Both the position numbers and the translations under genes were made by a program. From the NCBI GenBank assembly GCA_051362555.1, contig CM120645.1, positions 1,550,001 through 1,614,000 of the forward strand: 64,000 nucleotides of DNA, written 5' to 3'. This document shows, piece by piece, positions 1 to 15,000 of the stretch (the first letter of the stretch is position 1; each line of letters opens with the position of its first letter). Source of the stretch: Lingula anatina. Taxonomy: Eukaryota; Animalia; Brachiopoda. The notes under the pieces are model-generated. The model was not told the origin of the DNA and did no database searches. It saw only the letters and a program-made list of their open reading frames with translations.

Positions 1-43
1 ATAATATTGTCCCATCTGTAGATAATAATTATTAGTTAACAAT

Positions 44-47
<4 letters not shown>

Positions 48-101
<54 letters not shown>
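48..101. repeat. (GA)n microsatellite
   Basis: Pure GA dinucleotide run; source of the SLSL low-complexity ORF 32..247. Confidence 0.95.
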
Positions 102-104
<3 letters not shown>

Positions 105-131
105 GGGGGCAGGGGATTTGAGTATCCATAC

Positions 132-3117
132 CTCCATACAGATTCAGGTGTTTTCTTCCAGTATTTTTCCATCTCTGCAGTCATAATTACATCAGTTTTC
201 ACATACTCTTTCAAATCTGGAAAAAAAAAAGAAATGGATATTAACAAAAAGAATTCCCTTAAACAAACAATCCAATAGATCTGGTCTAAAAAGCATTAAT
301 TTACATTATTATTATCATCATTATCTATTATGCTTTCACAGCCAAAGCTAACACAGTAGTACTTTCTAAAAAACAATGTTTGTTAATCAATGATACTTTG
401 GTGAAATGAAATACTGTAGTTGCTAGGTTATCATTCATTCTTGGAAAAATATTATAATTTACATAACAAACACCAAAACTACCAAAAATTCCCAGGACTG
501 AAAAAAACTGAATTCCTTACCATTATTACTAGTAACACTGGATGAATGGAGAAAACTTTCCAAGTCTTTTACATTGTCAATAGCCTCTACCTCCTGTAGA
601 TACTTGTCTGGGTCCTTGAAAGCACCCGGAGCAAACTAAACTCAATGCAAAATGTGTTAAGTGAGATTTGAATGCCTTTGGAGCAAACTATAAACACAAC
701 ACAAAATGTGTTAGGTGAGATTTAAATGCTTCAGTGTAAAGCTTATCAAAGCACATACAGAATTCATTATACACATGAATTTCTGTTATTTACCTTGACT
801 GTGGAGTCCACGGAAGAAAAGCTTCCATATCTCTGGCAGATCTCCTCTGTCTTATTAATAAGCTTTGCCTTCAGGTCCAAGCGATGATAAGTAGAGTGTT
901 GCCCTGATGTAGTACCTGCTTTCTGGAAAGATTTTATAACAGTGAGACTATTTTACAGTGTATTTTATATATGTTTACAATATCCCCTGTACTAAAAGCC
1001 AGTTCCAAGCAATATCAGTATTTCTTTCAGACAGGACACAAAACCACCACCAGATTGCCTTCTGACATCAAACATATGACAATATATGTAAGTTTAACTT
1101 CATTTTTATTTTTACACATTTAATTTTTAGCAAACACTCTCTTTATTGTTATCACAAAACCAAAAAATATGTAGCATGTGGCTGAGTGTGACAGAGTATT
1201 CGGTCTCTTTGTCCTCTACATGTGGCCTTTTGGCAATGGAATCTTTTATGTCATAAAATGTATGAAACTCTATGTACACTCAGTGTGTTAGATACAGCAG
1301 TGGGCCCCAAGTGCCACATATTTACAGGGATAATAACTCTTGGTAAGAGATTATTACAAAAAAAAATTAGATAAAACTCAGGCACTAACTTTAATGTAAA
1401 AATGGATTCATTAACCATTGGTAAGTATGGGAAAATTGTTGTTTACTCCAAGAAAATCCATATTTTAGGCAAAACAAACAGTTATTACCCCTTTAAGATT
1501 CTGGAAATAACAACTCACCTCTTCTGGTATTTTCTGCAACATGTCCATATCAAACAGTACAAGACCCACTGTGTATTGACCTTTGGACCCTGGCAGAGGC
1601 TTGTAGAAGTATGTGGCATTTAGTTTATAGTTGACTGCACCATCAAACTTGCTGCTGCCCCGAGACACAGGAAGATTCACCTGAAAATGTGATATTGTGT
1701 TAGATGTGATAGAGCACAATCTGTGATACTGTCAGAATGTTATTGTGTTAGATAGATATGGTAGAGCACAATCTGTGATACTGTGTCAGAATGTTATTGT
1801 GTTAGATGTGATAGAGCACAATCTGTGATACTGTCAGAATGTTATTGTGTTAGATGTGATAGAGCACAATCTGTGAAATTGTTAAAATGTTATTGTGTTA
1901 GATAGATATGGTAGAGCAGAATGTTTAGTTCACCATTTCATCAAATAAAATTATACTGTTGCCTAAAAAACTTGCCAGTCCACTTGTATATAGAGTAGAG
2001 AAATGTATTCCTTTGTTTAGAGTAAAATATTTAGTTAACCACAATGAACTGGGACTTACGGAAGTTAACATTTCTCTCACACAAAGTTAAATATTACCAC
2101 ACCAATAACTAATATATATTTATATATAATATCAAATTCATGAAGACTCTCCCATCTCACCAGCTGTTTATCAAAGCCTGGGATTCCCCTCAGAATATTT
2201 TTCTTGGCCTCCTCACTCAGCGTGGGCTCCAGAGCAGAGAGGTCCACAAACAAGGGGTTATTGGTGTAGTCCTTAGGCTGAGGTAAGTTCCTGTGCATTA
2301 AGACCTTACCTGACATAGAATGTTTGTTATATTAATTTAATGCCTCATTACAAAGAAGGGAAGTGACTGCAATTAAGTCTGCTAAGAGTCTATATAATCT
2401 CCATCGATTTGCAAAAGTAAGCCCCATCCTTTTTTTAACAACTTAATTACATCAAACTAACCCTTCTCTGCATAAATCTAATGGGAGTGACTCTGTGTTA
2501 TACAGAAAAGTATACAGTGTACATTGTAACATTATCATGGCAAGCAGGGGCGATGTTTAGACTCTGTCAATTATATTCAGTTTTTCAGGGTAGGGTTAAG
2601 TACTGTATGATAAGCTCTGATCCTGCAGTCAATGTAACATAGACTGACATCTTACATTATAATAACACACTTATAACAATCAAAATTGTTCATGATAGTT
2701 ATTAAACAGATGGCCTATTAAGCAGACTGCTATGTCCTTACCATCAGTCCCTATGAGAAAAGCATAACTGTGAGTTCCAATCTTGTACTGGCTGATGTCT
2801 GAGAACATGTCCTGCAGTGGTATGTCGAAGGCCACCACTCCAGACAAGGTGTTATCTATTTTGCTGACTACAGGTAGTCCCATAGTTGTGACCAGACCTT
2901 GAACAGAAAACAACCCTAAGATTGACAGGCCATGGAGAAAGTTATTTCTATTTCTTTCCACCAAAATATGCATCGATATGTCAAGTGAGGCACAGATATA
3001 AACTTGAAAGCTTAAACTGGGCAAATCAATAACTGCCTAAAAACAACCAAGAAGAAAAGGTATAAGGTAATAAGATGTTTAAAAAAATCTTTAAAATGTC
3101 AAAATTTCTAAAACTTA

Positions 3118-3149
<32 letters not shown>

Positions 3150-6100
3150 GCATTCATTTATACTCTGCAGTCTCATACCATGATTTTTATCCAGGAAAGG
3201 GACGGTCACAGTGGGGTTCTGCTCGTCCCATATTGGAAAGAAGTTGTAGTAGCTGCTCATGATAGTCTTCAGCTCCTTGTACTGGCTGTCTCCTATGATT
3301 TTGATCATTCCAGGTGGACCTGCCGGCTGAGAGCCATCAAATCCTGCTGCAGGATAGGGCTGGGGATATAAGGTAAAAAAAGAAATATGAAAACAAAAAT
3401 TAAGCCTTTAGGGAAAATATGCCTTTCCCATACTGTGCTTTTAAACACAGGTTACATTTTAGTGTTTTAAAATTAAGAATCTGAACTTGAAGCACCCTGC
3501 TCCCACTACCTCCTCTTCCCCAACTTCCCCCCTCCCCACCTCCTCCCTTAACTACCCCCTTTATTTCTTCATCCATATCCTTCCTCCATTAGAACTCCTC
3601 CTCTACCTCCCTCTACTTCATTATCCTCCTCCTCCTATACTTCCTTAATTCTCACTCCCCCACCTCCCCATCTTCCACCTATTGCCTTCTACCCCTACCT
3701 TCTCCTAAACCTCTACCTCATTCTTCTCCTTGTCTTTGCTTTCCCAACCTCCTCCTTCACTCCTTACCCCCTCCTCCCCTCTTAATTTCTACCTCCACAG
3801 TCATACTCACATCCCACTTTTCTCCAACAAGGTGTTTGGTAACGAGTCCCTGAGTCCTGCTCCTGATGGTGCTGGTGTATTTGACTTTACGCTGGTTCTG
3901 GTCAGCCATGTTGAGCAGAAACTGTTGCGAAGTGAAATCCCTGGCTACATCATCACCAAAGCCATACAGAAGAAGATGGACAGTGTTGTTCTGAATAGTA
4001 ATGAAATGAAAGGTTTAAAAAATGAAAGTCATGAAAATGTAACTAATATACTGTATATATTATATTTAACTTTGGTCTTAATATGAATTGAATACTTAAT
4101 TAAATCATTGTTGGTTATTGTTAGCACATGATGTACCAAATCAGTTTTTCAAAAAGACATTTTAGAAAATTGACGATAATTAAGCCCCACACCATTTTCT
4201 TCTGCCCGTCCACAATGGCTTCCATGACCTTTGACCTTGGTTTGTCCTTGGGAGCGCCATCTGTCAGGAACAAGATCATGTCCAGAGAGTTCTCAAATTG
4301 TTGCTGAGGGAAAAAATATTAGGCACATTAAAGTAAGAGAATCAATTTTTAAGCCCATGCATTTCTCAAACACATAAAGATTTTGTTATCAAAGAATAAA
4401 ATGAAGCTTAAAGTATGTTTCAAACTCAAAGAACTTCTAAGCACTAAGGTACAAATTTAATTTGCAAAGATAACCTATTTAAATGCCACTTTTCAGACAA
4501 ATTAACCATCTGTCATAATCCTTGAACTAATTTTGTGAATGTTAGTTACTTGTACAAATAATTAAGTGTTTGTATCATTTACATAAAAATATTCCAACAT
4601 CAAAAGCATGAACAGTAAAGACAAAAGAATCCAATTTGTTTAAGCTGGAAAGAAATGCCTACTAACATGCAATGGCGTTTGTTTGTAAAAAAAAAAAAAA
4701 GGACAATCACCAGCTTATTTCAGTGAAAATACACAATGGGCTCTTTTCAAAGATGTAAAGGAAAGGGGGAGTCACATGCCAAAAATTAATGCTGTAAAGT
4801 TGATATTTTATCAAAAGAGCTTGAATGACGTAAGCATCCAAAATGTTCATTAGGTACTGCAAAATATTATACATAATATTCTCCATATTGATTTATATTC
4901 AAACAGGTAAGAAAAAATTATAGTCCCTGATTTTGATACCAATATGTCTTAGATTTGTCTTCTTTAAAGGTCAGTAAATTCTTCAAATATATTTCACCAC
5001 CTTCATAAGTGGATCAATTAGATATCTGCATGAACAGAAATCTAGAAAGTTTCTGAAACTAGTTCATTTTTAGCTTAAGCATAATGCCAACTATTTTCCA
5101 TAACCTTATTCCTCACCTATTAAATGCCAGACAGACTTTACACATTGTTTTCCAAAAGAAATGAGATTTATAGTATTCTAATATTCAGAATCATTGTAGT
5201 ACTTCTGTGTTTATGTAGAAGATGGAAGACAGAGTACTTAAAAAGGCACCCTACCGGGTTGGCAGTTTTAGCTTTGAACAAGTTCTCAAAAGCTCTTTCA
5301 AGTCCGGAGGCATAAATTGTTGAAGCTGCAACAGACAAAAACACAAACATGTATAGCAATGGTCTGCAAATCCAGCAAGAAATTCAAGACAATAGGTCTG
5401 ATCTGACACAGGCTGTTGTAGGCATAAAATTGGGCAAACTCTTTCACTCTGTGACTCACGTACAACCAGATCACTATACCATGATTTAAAATATTGAGTA
5501 TCCAAAGGTCACTGATGGCAGAGGTCCATTAAAGATATTTTTAATAAAATTTAATTTGAAATTTTTAAAGAATGGAAGCCCTACTGGGCCTCAGAGACCT
5601 CAATTGGATCTGGCTGTCAGATAACACAAGTCTGCCCAATTTTTCGGTTCAACTTTGTCAGTGTCTGAACAGGCCCAGTGAGACGACACAGAAAGCCAAG
5701 GTGGCTGGTTTCATGTGAAGCATCCACTCCTGGCACATGCAATAACAACAGGAACAAAGACAGTTCACACAGAAGCAATCCAGAAATCATGCAGCCCAAT
5801 GCAAAATGGTACAAAATTGATGTGTGCAAAAAACGCAATTTTACTGTACCCAGGCATTTTGATTGTTTGCGAGTTTGTGGCATGTATATAGGCATGTGAA
5901 TGTGTTGTAATTTTTTCCTAGATATATAAAACTTGTAGTTTAAGTGAATATTATTTATTGACAGATGAAACTTTGGGAAAAAATGAACTTTTTTCTGGGA
6001 GCTGGCGAATAAAATCAAGGGAAAATTGTCTCAAACTAAATTTTACTTTCAATTTTGAAATTCCTAATTCAGAGCAGAGCAACCAATCCAGGCCTGGTTG

Positions 6101-9017
6101 TGACCAACAGCAACTAAAGTGAGTGAAAACTGCTAATGTCAAGCACTGTGTGAGTGTTCCTGTAGTGAGTATATGTGTTTGTGTACATACTAGTAATTCT
6201 GACATGGATGGGATAGAAATAGTAAATATATTCTCATTGCCAGTATATTCCCAGCTCCCGAAGCCAACATTTCAACACATAAAACACACACATATCACAA
6301 GGACCAACCAAATTCTTTTTCTTTCCGTTTTCAAGCATAGTAAATGCCTTATTAAGTCCAGATGAATACATTGTAGAGGCTGAAATGAAGAAGCTTGTGA
6401 CAATGAAATAAAGAAATGTGAAATAATAATTGTAATATCATCCATTACAATGTTTAATTTATTTTCTTCTGTAATTCTCTAAATTACTAGTCACAAATAT
6501 CATCTCTAATTTAGAAACTATTACTTGCACATTTATTATAAATTTACCAGATAACTCACTTTCAAGACAAATACTAATTCCAATCTGGCATTAGAAAACT
6601 TCAAACCAATGTGATTTGGGGGGGGGGGGGGGGGGGGGGGGGGGAGTTAAAATATCTTAAACTGTCATGTCAAATCATGTCACATGTCATATATATATAA
6701 TGTCATGTATGTCATGTCACACTTCGCGACATGTATGTCATGTTACTTGTCATGGCATGAGTGTCATGCAGTGTATGTCATGGCATGGTGTACTATGTGT
6801 AAAAGTGCAATTTTCGGCCAACTTGACAACTCTGGCGAGTGTGAGTAAAAATCCTGATCTAGCTGCACCCTGTTGCTAATCTCTACCAGGGCGACAGATT
6901 GATTTTTCACAGATATTCACAGATATTTCTCTAGATAAATATAAGACTACAGTTATTTTGGTCTGATGTCGCCTCAGCAAAAAAAATGTCCACAGTATAA
7001 TTAATAACTGCTGCCCTGGTAGAGGCTACCCTGTTGCCATGTATGCCAATGTCATGAATGTTATGTCACACTTAAGTCATTTCATGTATGTCATGTCAAG
7101 TCATAATCAATACATAATCAGCTTAAAAGCTGATATGCTCACTCACACATAGGCTTGATATCATCAATAAACTTCACCAAGTGTTGCTTGTTGATATCAT
7201 TGGCTTGGGCCACATGGTCTCCAAAGCAGCCGGGAGGACTCCTGGCATAATCACTGAATGCTACAGTGCCCACCTATAACAAACAATACCTTATAAAGAA
7301 ACAAATACATAAAATCATGTATGTGACAGGGGTAAATCCTTATTACATATTTATGTACTCTTGACACTGTATATTTTGTCAAACACACTGGAAACCACTG
7401 AGTACAGTAATAGCTCACAACACAACAAAGATACTGAGAGATAAATAAAAGTCTAAAGAAGCTTCACTGGATCTTTATAATTACTGAAAGAATGTTAATT
7501 TTGAATCGAATCACAAAAATTTCCCTTTTTAAATGTGATTAAGTCAGCAGAAAAATCATTAAATAAAGGTAAAGACTGTGGATCATTAAAATGGAACATT
7601 CGTTTTTCTAAAAATTATTTCATTTTAATATAAATAAATATAAATATAAATCACCCAGTCGTCTGAACTCAGAGTTTGCAGTACAGTCTTAGCGGCCTCC
7701 TTGGCAATCTCAAGACGCGTTGGGGAATTAAAGTCAAAAAAGTCCACCTGACGGTCCATGGAGAAGCTCTCGTCCACAATAATCACCAGGTTCTTCTTCT
7801 TTGGTGATGCTGTATTCACGTACCAGTTCCTAATGCAACAAATGAAGTAATTTTTACAGTGAATATCTTGTCAGTAGCTCAACTGTGTACCTGTCTACGT
7901 GCTCGCCAATCCCAAAATCAGACGTGTTTTTCAAATGTTTCTATCAAAACTTTGGTCTAGCGTTCATGATAGGATCAAACTGTTTTCACTTGTAGAAAAT
8001 ACTTTCTCAGCTACACAATTTTTTTGTCATAATAACTACATATACTAGGACTTACTGCCTTTTGATTTTAGCCATTATGGCACCCGTTTTTTCTTTCTTT
8101 TTATAATTGATTGATTTATTTAATTTTAGACCAGAATGGTATTCTCAAGTCATTTAAAGTGTAATTCACATTCAACCACCAATCAGCAGCAGAGTATTTC
8201 ATTGGAGTTGACGGAAAACTAACGAAAATTATATCTTTAGGCCAATATTTCCTTAGAATACCTCACTAAACTTAACTCCCCCCCCCCCCCCCCCCCCCCC
8301 CGACCTTTTCTGTCTTTAGCCGAACCATCAGTATTTTAAAAACCAATCTAGATTTTGAGATTGAAATATTCACGTTCGTAGGAGAACAATCATGGTGCTC
8401 TGAACCCACCTAAATCTGTGGTCATCGTAATTCCCCGCTGGACAGAACTTGGAGTGGACACCGGTGGGGTACTGGTAGTAGTTGCCATACTTGTCTCCAT
8501 AATACTGCCAAGTCAGCGGTTTTGTATTTTGCAGGTTTGCATCCAGTTCCGTTTTCATCATGGGCCATAAAAACCCTTTGGTGGAGTCTTGGATTTCAGC
8601 GCAGCCTTTTTGAAAGGGATCACTCACGATTTGTTTAAATCGGGAGTTAATTTTCCCTGGGTTCGGCGCCTGACAGCACCCAGGGAGGGACACTGGCACG
8701 TGAACCATGTTCAACCCCTGAATCTTCCGTTGCATGGCCGCAAGGTTGGTCGTGGCCTGTTGCAGCCTGTCGTCAAGTTTCTTGACCAGTTCGTCGATCT
8801 TGGCCTGACCATCCACCCGCTGTGTCTTGTACATGACTCTCTGGTCGTACAGCCTCTGTAGCTGTAGAGACCCTAGCTGCTTCTCTGCGAAGTTGGTCAT
8901 CCTGGAACTCAGGCTCGGGACCCAGGTGTTTTTGACCACGTTTGCATCTGGTATGTTCCCCGCCGTGACATCGCCATAGAGTACCACGGCCAGGAAAAGT
9001 GCCGCGAAAAGCTTCAT
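132..9017 (-). CDS. VWA and Cache domain-containing protein (CACHD1/alpha2delta-like); multi-exon, 3' end lies beyond the left edge of the window
   Basis: Exon 1 (8410-9017) starts with a signal peptide (MKLFAALFLAVVLYGDVTAG) and has a VWA_N-like WQYYG..G.Y.QYP. The next exon gives NWYVNTASPKKKNLVIIVDESFSM (MIDAS DxSxS). Later exons give MILFLTDGAP (~4260) and the Cache-like GLVTTMGLPV...SGVVAFDIPL...SYAFLIGTDG|KVLMHRNLP (2740-2900, 2160-2310). Canonical GT-AG exons continue to 132-217. Confidence 0.85.
1326..1492. mobile_element. Short non-autonomous TTAA-type (Kolobok-like) DNA transposon, internally deleted copy
   Basis: Termini AGGGATAATAAC...GTTATTACCCCT flanked by TTAC/TTAA. The internal sequence (actaactttaatgtaaaaatggattcattaaccattggtaagtatggg) is shared with the copy at 49976-50311. 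Confidence 0.65.
1685..1925. repeat. Intronic minisatellite, about 5 copies of a ~48-55 bp unit
   Basis: Repeated aatgttattgtgttagatgtgatagagcacaatctgtgatactgtcag next to an exon acceptor of the VWA/Cache gene. Confidence 0.9.
6881..7024. mobile_element. MITE (same family as 52613-52814)
   Basis: Inverted termini ctctaccagggc / gccctggtagag. Internal gatttttcacagatattcacaga resembles the copy at 52.6 kb. Confidence 0.6.
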
Positions 9018-9756
9018 AGTTTTTGAAGGCTTCCCAGGGATTCCTTTCCCAGTCGCTGTCCTAGGGTTTAAGCTCTTAGCTTGTATTTTGTATATGATTT
9101 CTTGTCGATTTTAAGAACGAAATACAAAATCCTTTGTTCTTCGCACCGCGAAAGTTTCGGAAAAGCGTCGCGCTATATTAATTCGTGACGCAAGTTTAAA
9201 TGCTACTTAGTTACCTTGATGGGTTGTTTTGCCCAGTTTGTCCAAGCGTCGTGAGGGTTGCCGGGAATATATTATCAATGTTTGGAAAATAAACGTACGA
9301 ATGAGAAAACTTGCCTCTTTCCAAGACTAAGGTCTGTGGCATGCTTGTAGCAATACTTCCTAATCTACCGATTTTTCGTCTTAAGACAAACAATAAATTC
9401 TGTCATTTTTGTCGGGCATTCGTTTGCATTGGTTCACCTGGGATATTTCTTTTCCTGTTGGCTGTTTTTGAAATTGTGAAAAGTACTTGTTATCTGGAAA
9501 AAACTTGACTTGTTATTTGCAGGTGAATGTCTATATCATTACGCGGCTCTGTTTGTAGCTGTTTAAGCAGCGCGCTAATCCGCTTTATCTCTCCGGCGGT
9601 AGAAACTCAATTATTAAGTGCTATTAGTCCGAAATACAAGGAAGGAGAAATCGTGTCCAGTTTATCCAGGTGAGCATTTACCAAACACACCTGCCGTGGA
9701 CAATTTATATGTAGAACTCGGTGAGCGCGTCCCTTCGCCCCCACCCCTCTTTTACC

Positions 9757-9792
<36 letters not shown>

Positions 9793-12037
9793 TCGTTCTT
9801 TTAATCACTGAGGGCGCTATTTAAATGTCAGGGTGTTCTTGTCGCATCATTTAGTAGCAGTTCTATCACAGTAATATGTTCTCTTTAACATTTTAATGAT
9901 ATGTGGATGACTTCGAACATTGCGATCAGGGACGCTACTCTCACCTCGTACGCATCATTTTAACCATTTTCTTTTCGCCTCATTTGCTGTCATAATTTGA
10001 GCAATTTAAATTAGGCTTGAAAATTTGAATTTCACACTGTTCAGCAAAACGAACTGTCATTTCACCATTTGATCAGGCCTCGTACAGGAAAGGAGTATGA
10101 ACTAGAAGCGCTGCACTAACCACTCACGCCTTACATCAGTGTGTCCCATGTGATGTCGTATTATTACTAAATCGACGGCAGTCGGCAAGTCACGCCTCTT
10201 CCTTCAACCTTCTCTATTTCCATGATAATTCATAGGAACTCTCTCGTAGTCCTCTGAAAATGCCGCAGACACTGTAACGTTGAACTATTTGAACTAGAAA
10301 AAGAGACGAAAACGAGTAATTATAGAATTTTATTCCAATTAGTAAAAATAAACAGAAGCACATGCGCTTTCAAGTTAATGTTCCAGACTGCCGTTTAATA
10401 ATAATAATAGTACAATATGGAGCAAGGTCACGTGTTCATTGATTGATCCAAAAACAGCAATGTGCCCTCCTTTCTTATTTATACTAACTGGCTACCTTGA
10501 TTGTTAATGTTACAATAATTGTTTCTTCAAATAACAACTAAAATCCGGGATACTACTATCCGAATATTCCAAGAATATTTGAAGAAACCGATATTATAAC
10601 TTAAAATGCATAAAGCAGCCGGCGAGTCTTCGCTGAACCTGACACTGACCGCTTCGGCTTATTACATGACAGTTGGGAATTTCAAATGAGATATCTTTTT
10701 AAATACATAAAGCAGTATTCGCGTTTCAGAGGTGTAAAAGCCATGTCACACCCCCCTCCCACCTGATGTATTTTATTGCACCTTGAAAATTAAAAAGAGT
10801 CAACAACTCTGCTTTGAAGGGGAAAATTATCAGTGATAAATACTTTTAAAAAGCCAATGAAACGAATTGTGTGATCTTATTTTAACAAAGAAAACTTCAA
10901 TGACAATAGTGTGTCTGACAACAAAAAACTTTAAAAGCTTTGACCTGACAATTGTGATACTTAAAACAAGTAAAGAAAAATCCTTTTTCTTTAACTAGAT
11001 AACAGATAAAAAAAACTGTGAAAAACTCCAAAAGCACTATTACTTCGTCTCAGATGTTAAGTTTCAAACATTTAAATTCCTGAAAAATAAAACCAGTCTT
11101 AAATCAACACAATCATGTAAAAGAATAAATTAATGTAATTTTAACTTTTTCTCAACTCCACATAAAGCTTTTAACCAAAGAGCAGTACAAATCTTGAGGC
11201 AATATATCCAAGTATTTTATATTATTTTTCAGTACAAATTACTTATGAAAATTCTTTTCCATCAGGTGGATGGAAAAAGTTCAAATTTTATATACTTTCA
11301 ATTCCTCTAAGGGCATCCAATTTCAACAAAATATCACTGCTATTATCATAAATATCATGCCATGCTGCCACATGATAATTTATGGCTCAATATCTGGTAG
11401 AAAAACGAACAACAAAAATCTGAATTTTTTTCAATCTGTCCAACTGAAGTTACTGGCACTTTGTTCCCTGAAACAAGTCATATTCGATATGAAATAGCCG
11501 AGATTACTATCATACAGGAAATTTCAGCCTAACCCTGACTATATTCTGATCTACGGAATTCTTTCAAAATACTTAAGCTTTTGCCTTTGATACACATCAA
11601 TGTTTTGATTTACTTCATCTAGCTATGTATGACTACAATAAATATTAAGATCAGCAATTCAAGAATGACCCTAAATGGCTCAAACACTAAAAAAAAAATA
11701 AATAAATAAAAATAATAAATTATATAAAAACTAAATTGACACAAATTCCTCTGAAGGCATTTCAAAATAAATTAACCATCACAAAATAAAATTTTTCGCA
11801 AGAACATCTCAGTTCTAGTTTAACTAGCAATCCAAGTAAACAAAACTTGATGTGTCCAATGGCATCTCCATGGTCATACAGATGGTTCTCTCAGAATGTA
11901 AGATAATCCTACTGACTTAAAGGTCCCTAGAATTCCTAAACATGTATCTTGGAACTGGGCTTGTGGCACGATGATATGATTATCAATGGTCTATATACAA
12001 TGCATGATGGCTTTATGGAGAGGTGTCCCTGCCTCGG

Positions 12038-15000
12038 TCAGGATTTAAACCTTGCAAAGAATGCCTGGAATAGAATATTAGATAAATAACTTCAATTCTT
12101 GTAAGGAGAATGCTCAATTAACAAGTGTAACTATCAAGTAAAAGTAAAGCTTTTGTTTATAAAAATTAATGCAATGCCACAATCAACACATTTGTACCCA
12201 GCACAGTTTTGATCTTATAATTTGAAAAAAATTAAGACTTGTACATGTTTGTTACAAATGAAATCCATCACCACTAAAAAGATCTCCAAGAAGACCACTT
12301 CTTTTGCCCCCACCCCCCCATCTCCCACCCCTACACACACACAAACACTCTCCACACCCACCTCCCTACAGCCCTGCTTCTGTCACTCACCTTTAAATAT
12401 GATTTGAATATTTTTGGGTCCGACTTCAAAGCTTCTGTGTATTCCTGGAAAAATTTAGGATATCTTTATATTACACACCAACTATGTGTGTTACATTTCA
12501 TTCTTTGCATTCTTGTTATTCACAACTTTAAGAGCTAGGCCTAATAGAACCTGGCGTAGAAATGGAAGCAGTTCGCAAAATGTTTCGAGATTGAGACAGA
12601 GGCAATAAATTCTACAGCCCATCGTCACTCCAGCCATTGAGAGGATTATCAGAATCATGACTGACCACATAAATAAATATCACAGCATCATGACTACCCA
12701 CCTGAATATTTTCTGGAGTCATATTGACCTCTGGGAGATATTTGGTTTGCAGGAAAACAACAAACTCATCACCCTGTTGGATAGAGATTGTATATAATAT
12801 GGATAGCACACTTCAGAGATTAGCTTGGCAAAATATAAAACAAAGAAAATAAAAACACCACAAGTTGCCTCAAAATCATAAAATATCGTAGTTGCACATT
12901 CATATTATTATCACTCTGGATGGCAATATCACTATCAAAAACAAAATATAATTTATAAGAAAATAATAATTAAATTACACATACCCTTTTTTCCAAAACA
13001 GTCTTAAGCACCAATCCACTTTCCCCTAAAGCCTGAAAATTAAAAAAATGTTTTATGCTTTTACTCCCTTCTTCTTTTTAATATCAAGTATATTATTGTT
13101 ACTTAGAAACACATTAAAAAAAATACTACATTCCCCTTTCATATATCAAATTAAGTTATAGTCATAAAATCTGTAACATGCTTGAAATTTATGACAGACT
13201 TTATTCCAATGAACACTTTTGTGTTTAACTTCATCAACAGATGGCAGCACTCACCAATACAGTCTGTGCATCCTTCAGGTCAAATGTGCTCTTCATGGGA
13301 GCCATAAAACAAGCTGGGACAACATTTTTGTAAATAAAATCTTCAAAACCCGACAAGCTTCCAGGGTCACCTAAAAAGAATGCAGAACTTTTTATTACAT
13401 TTTGAACTTACAAAACCATTTAAATGACTTAACATCACAATTTTCATGTTGAAAACAAGTCATAACTCTGCCAAGTCAAAATATGGATTTCGTATAAAAT
13501 CAAGCTGTGCTTCAAGCAATAGCTTTACAACTGGTCAAAAAAAAATAAAATAAAATAAAATAAAATAAAATAAAATAATAAAAAAAAACTAACATCTACA
13601 ACAAATTTCCTTGCACTGAAGAATTTGAAAATTTTAATAATATACAATGTGGTAGCAATGGTCAAACTAAACCATATACATACCCCAAAGTTCTATTGTT
13701 TTCTTTAAAATCTGAAAACACAACTTTTGTGCCTAAAATAAAGAGAGAAATAAATAAGACAACTGAAATACATGGTATAATGAATATCTTGTTCCATCAG
13801 ATGACACAATATGGTTTATATAAACATAAATGCCCTTCAATTCCTCACAAAACAAAGACTTTTTAATCACCCATATCCAAATGTGAGACATATAAGAATT
13901 TCCTCCCACTACTGTTAGACCAAATTTTCAGAGTACAGCTTGAAAAAAACTTAAGAAATTATTTTGGTGCATATCAATTCAGAGTCAAGACTATTACTGA
14001 TGTATCTTGGGTTGTACTAGAGTAAAATTCTAGTTTAAAAGTTGAGTATATCTGATAGATATTTTATGAACCATAACTTACAGAAGGATCAGGAAAGTCC
14101 ATGGCACCTTGTACCACTGTGACCAATATATTGTATAAATTGTGGCTCTCTGGAAGAAAAGAAATTTAACGTTATTATTATAATTCTTTTTTATTAATCT
14201 AATGGTTATCATTTAATTTTATTTTCACTTTTGTTCCTATAATGGCAATATTATAACTCATAAAATCATATAACTGTTAACATGATGTTATAAACATTCC
14301 GACTCATTGTAAACCAGGCAACTCTCTTTTCATCCCACTATCAACTTCATCACCCATGAAGTAAGTAACACTAGATAATCATTGACATTTGTTATGAGAT
14401 TTATCTGTTCAGTACACTTCTAGTTCAACTAATCAAAGCCAAAATTTCAATATCTACAAACATACAGATGTCCATTTTTAATGTCACTAAATATAACTAT
14501 CTCCTTACTAGTGTTCAACTTTGTAATTTAGACTTTCAGCTTTCTCTTTAAAACAATTCTGCTGAAATTATAGCATTTTATTCCTATGTTTCTAGCTCTG
14601 TCATAAATGACCAGTTCAGCAAATCTCACCTTGTAGAGTTAATATTTCTGCTACATCTTGGTTTAAAATAGTACTGATGAAACCAAAGTATCCTTTGTGC
14701 AGTAATTTCTTCTCTGCGGCTGCTATCTGATCCAACTGGTCAGAGGGCTTGTTGAGAGCTTGGAAGATAGTGGTCACCACAGGCATGAAGATTTGTTGGA
14801 GAAAGGGGACAATTTCTTTCTGTAAAAATAAATGTGTAACTTTGAATTTCATCTCTGAATAAACCTGTGCTAAATGGATAGAGGTGGAATCTTGATTTCA
14901 CATTTTTTCATAATAAAAATCAAAAATTGAACTATCACGTTATTAAACAAGGGGAAGAACAAACTGTCATATCCAAGCATCGATTTGTACAAATAATTGC

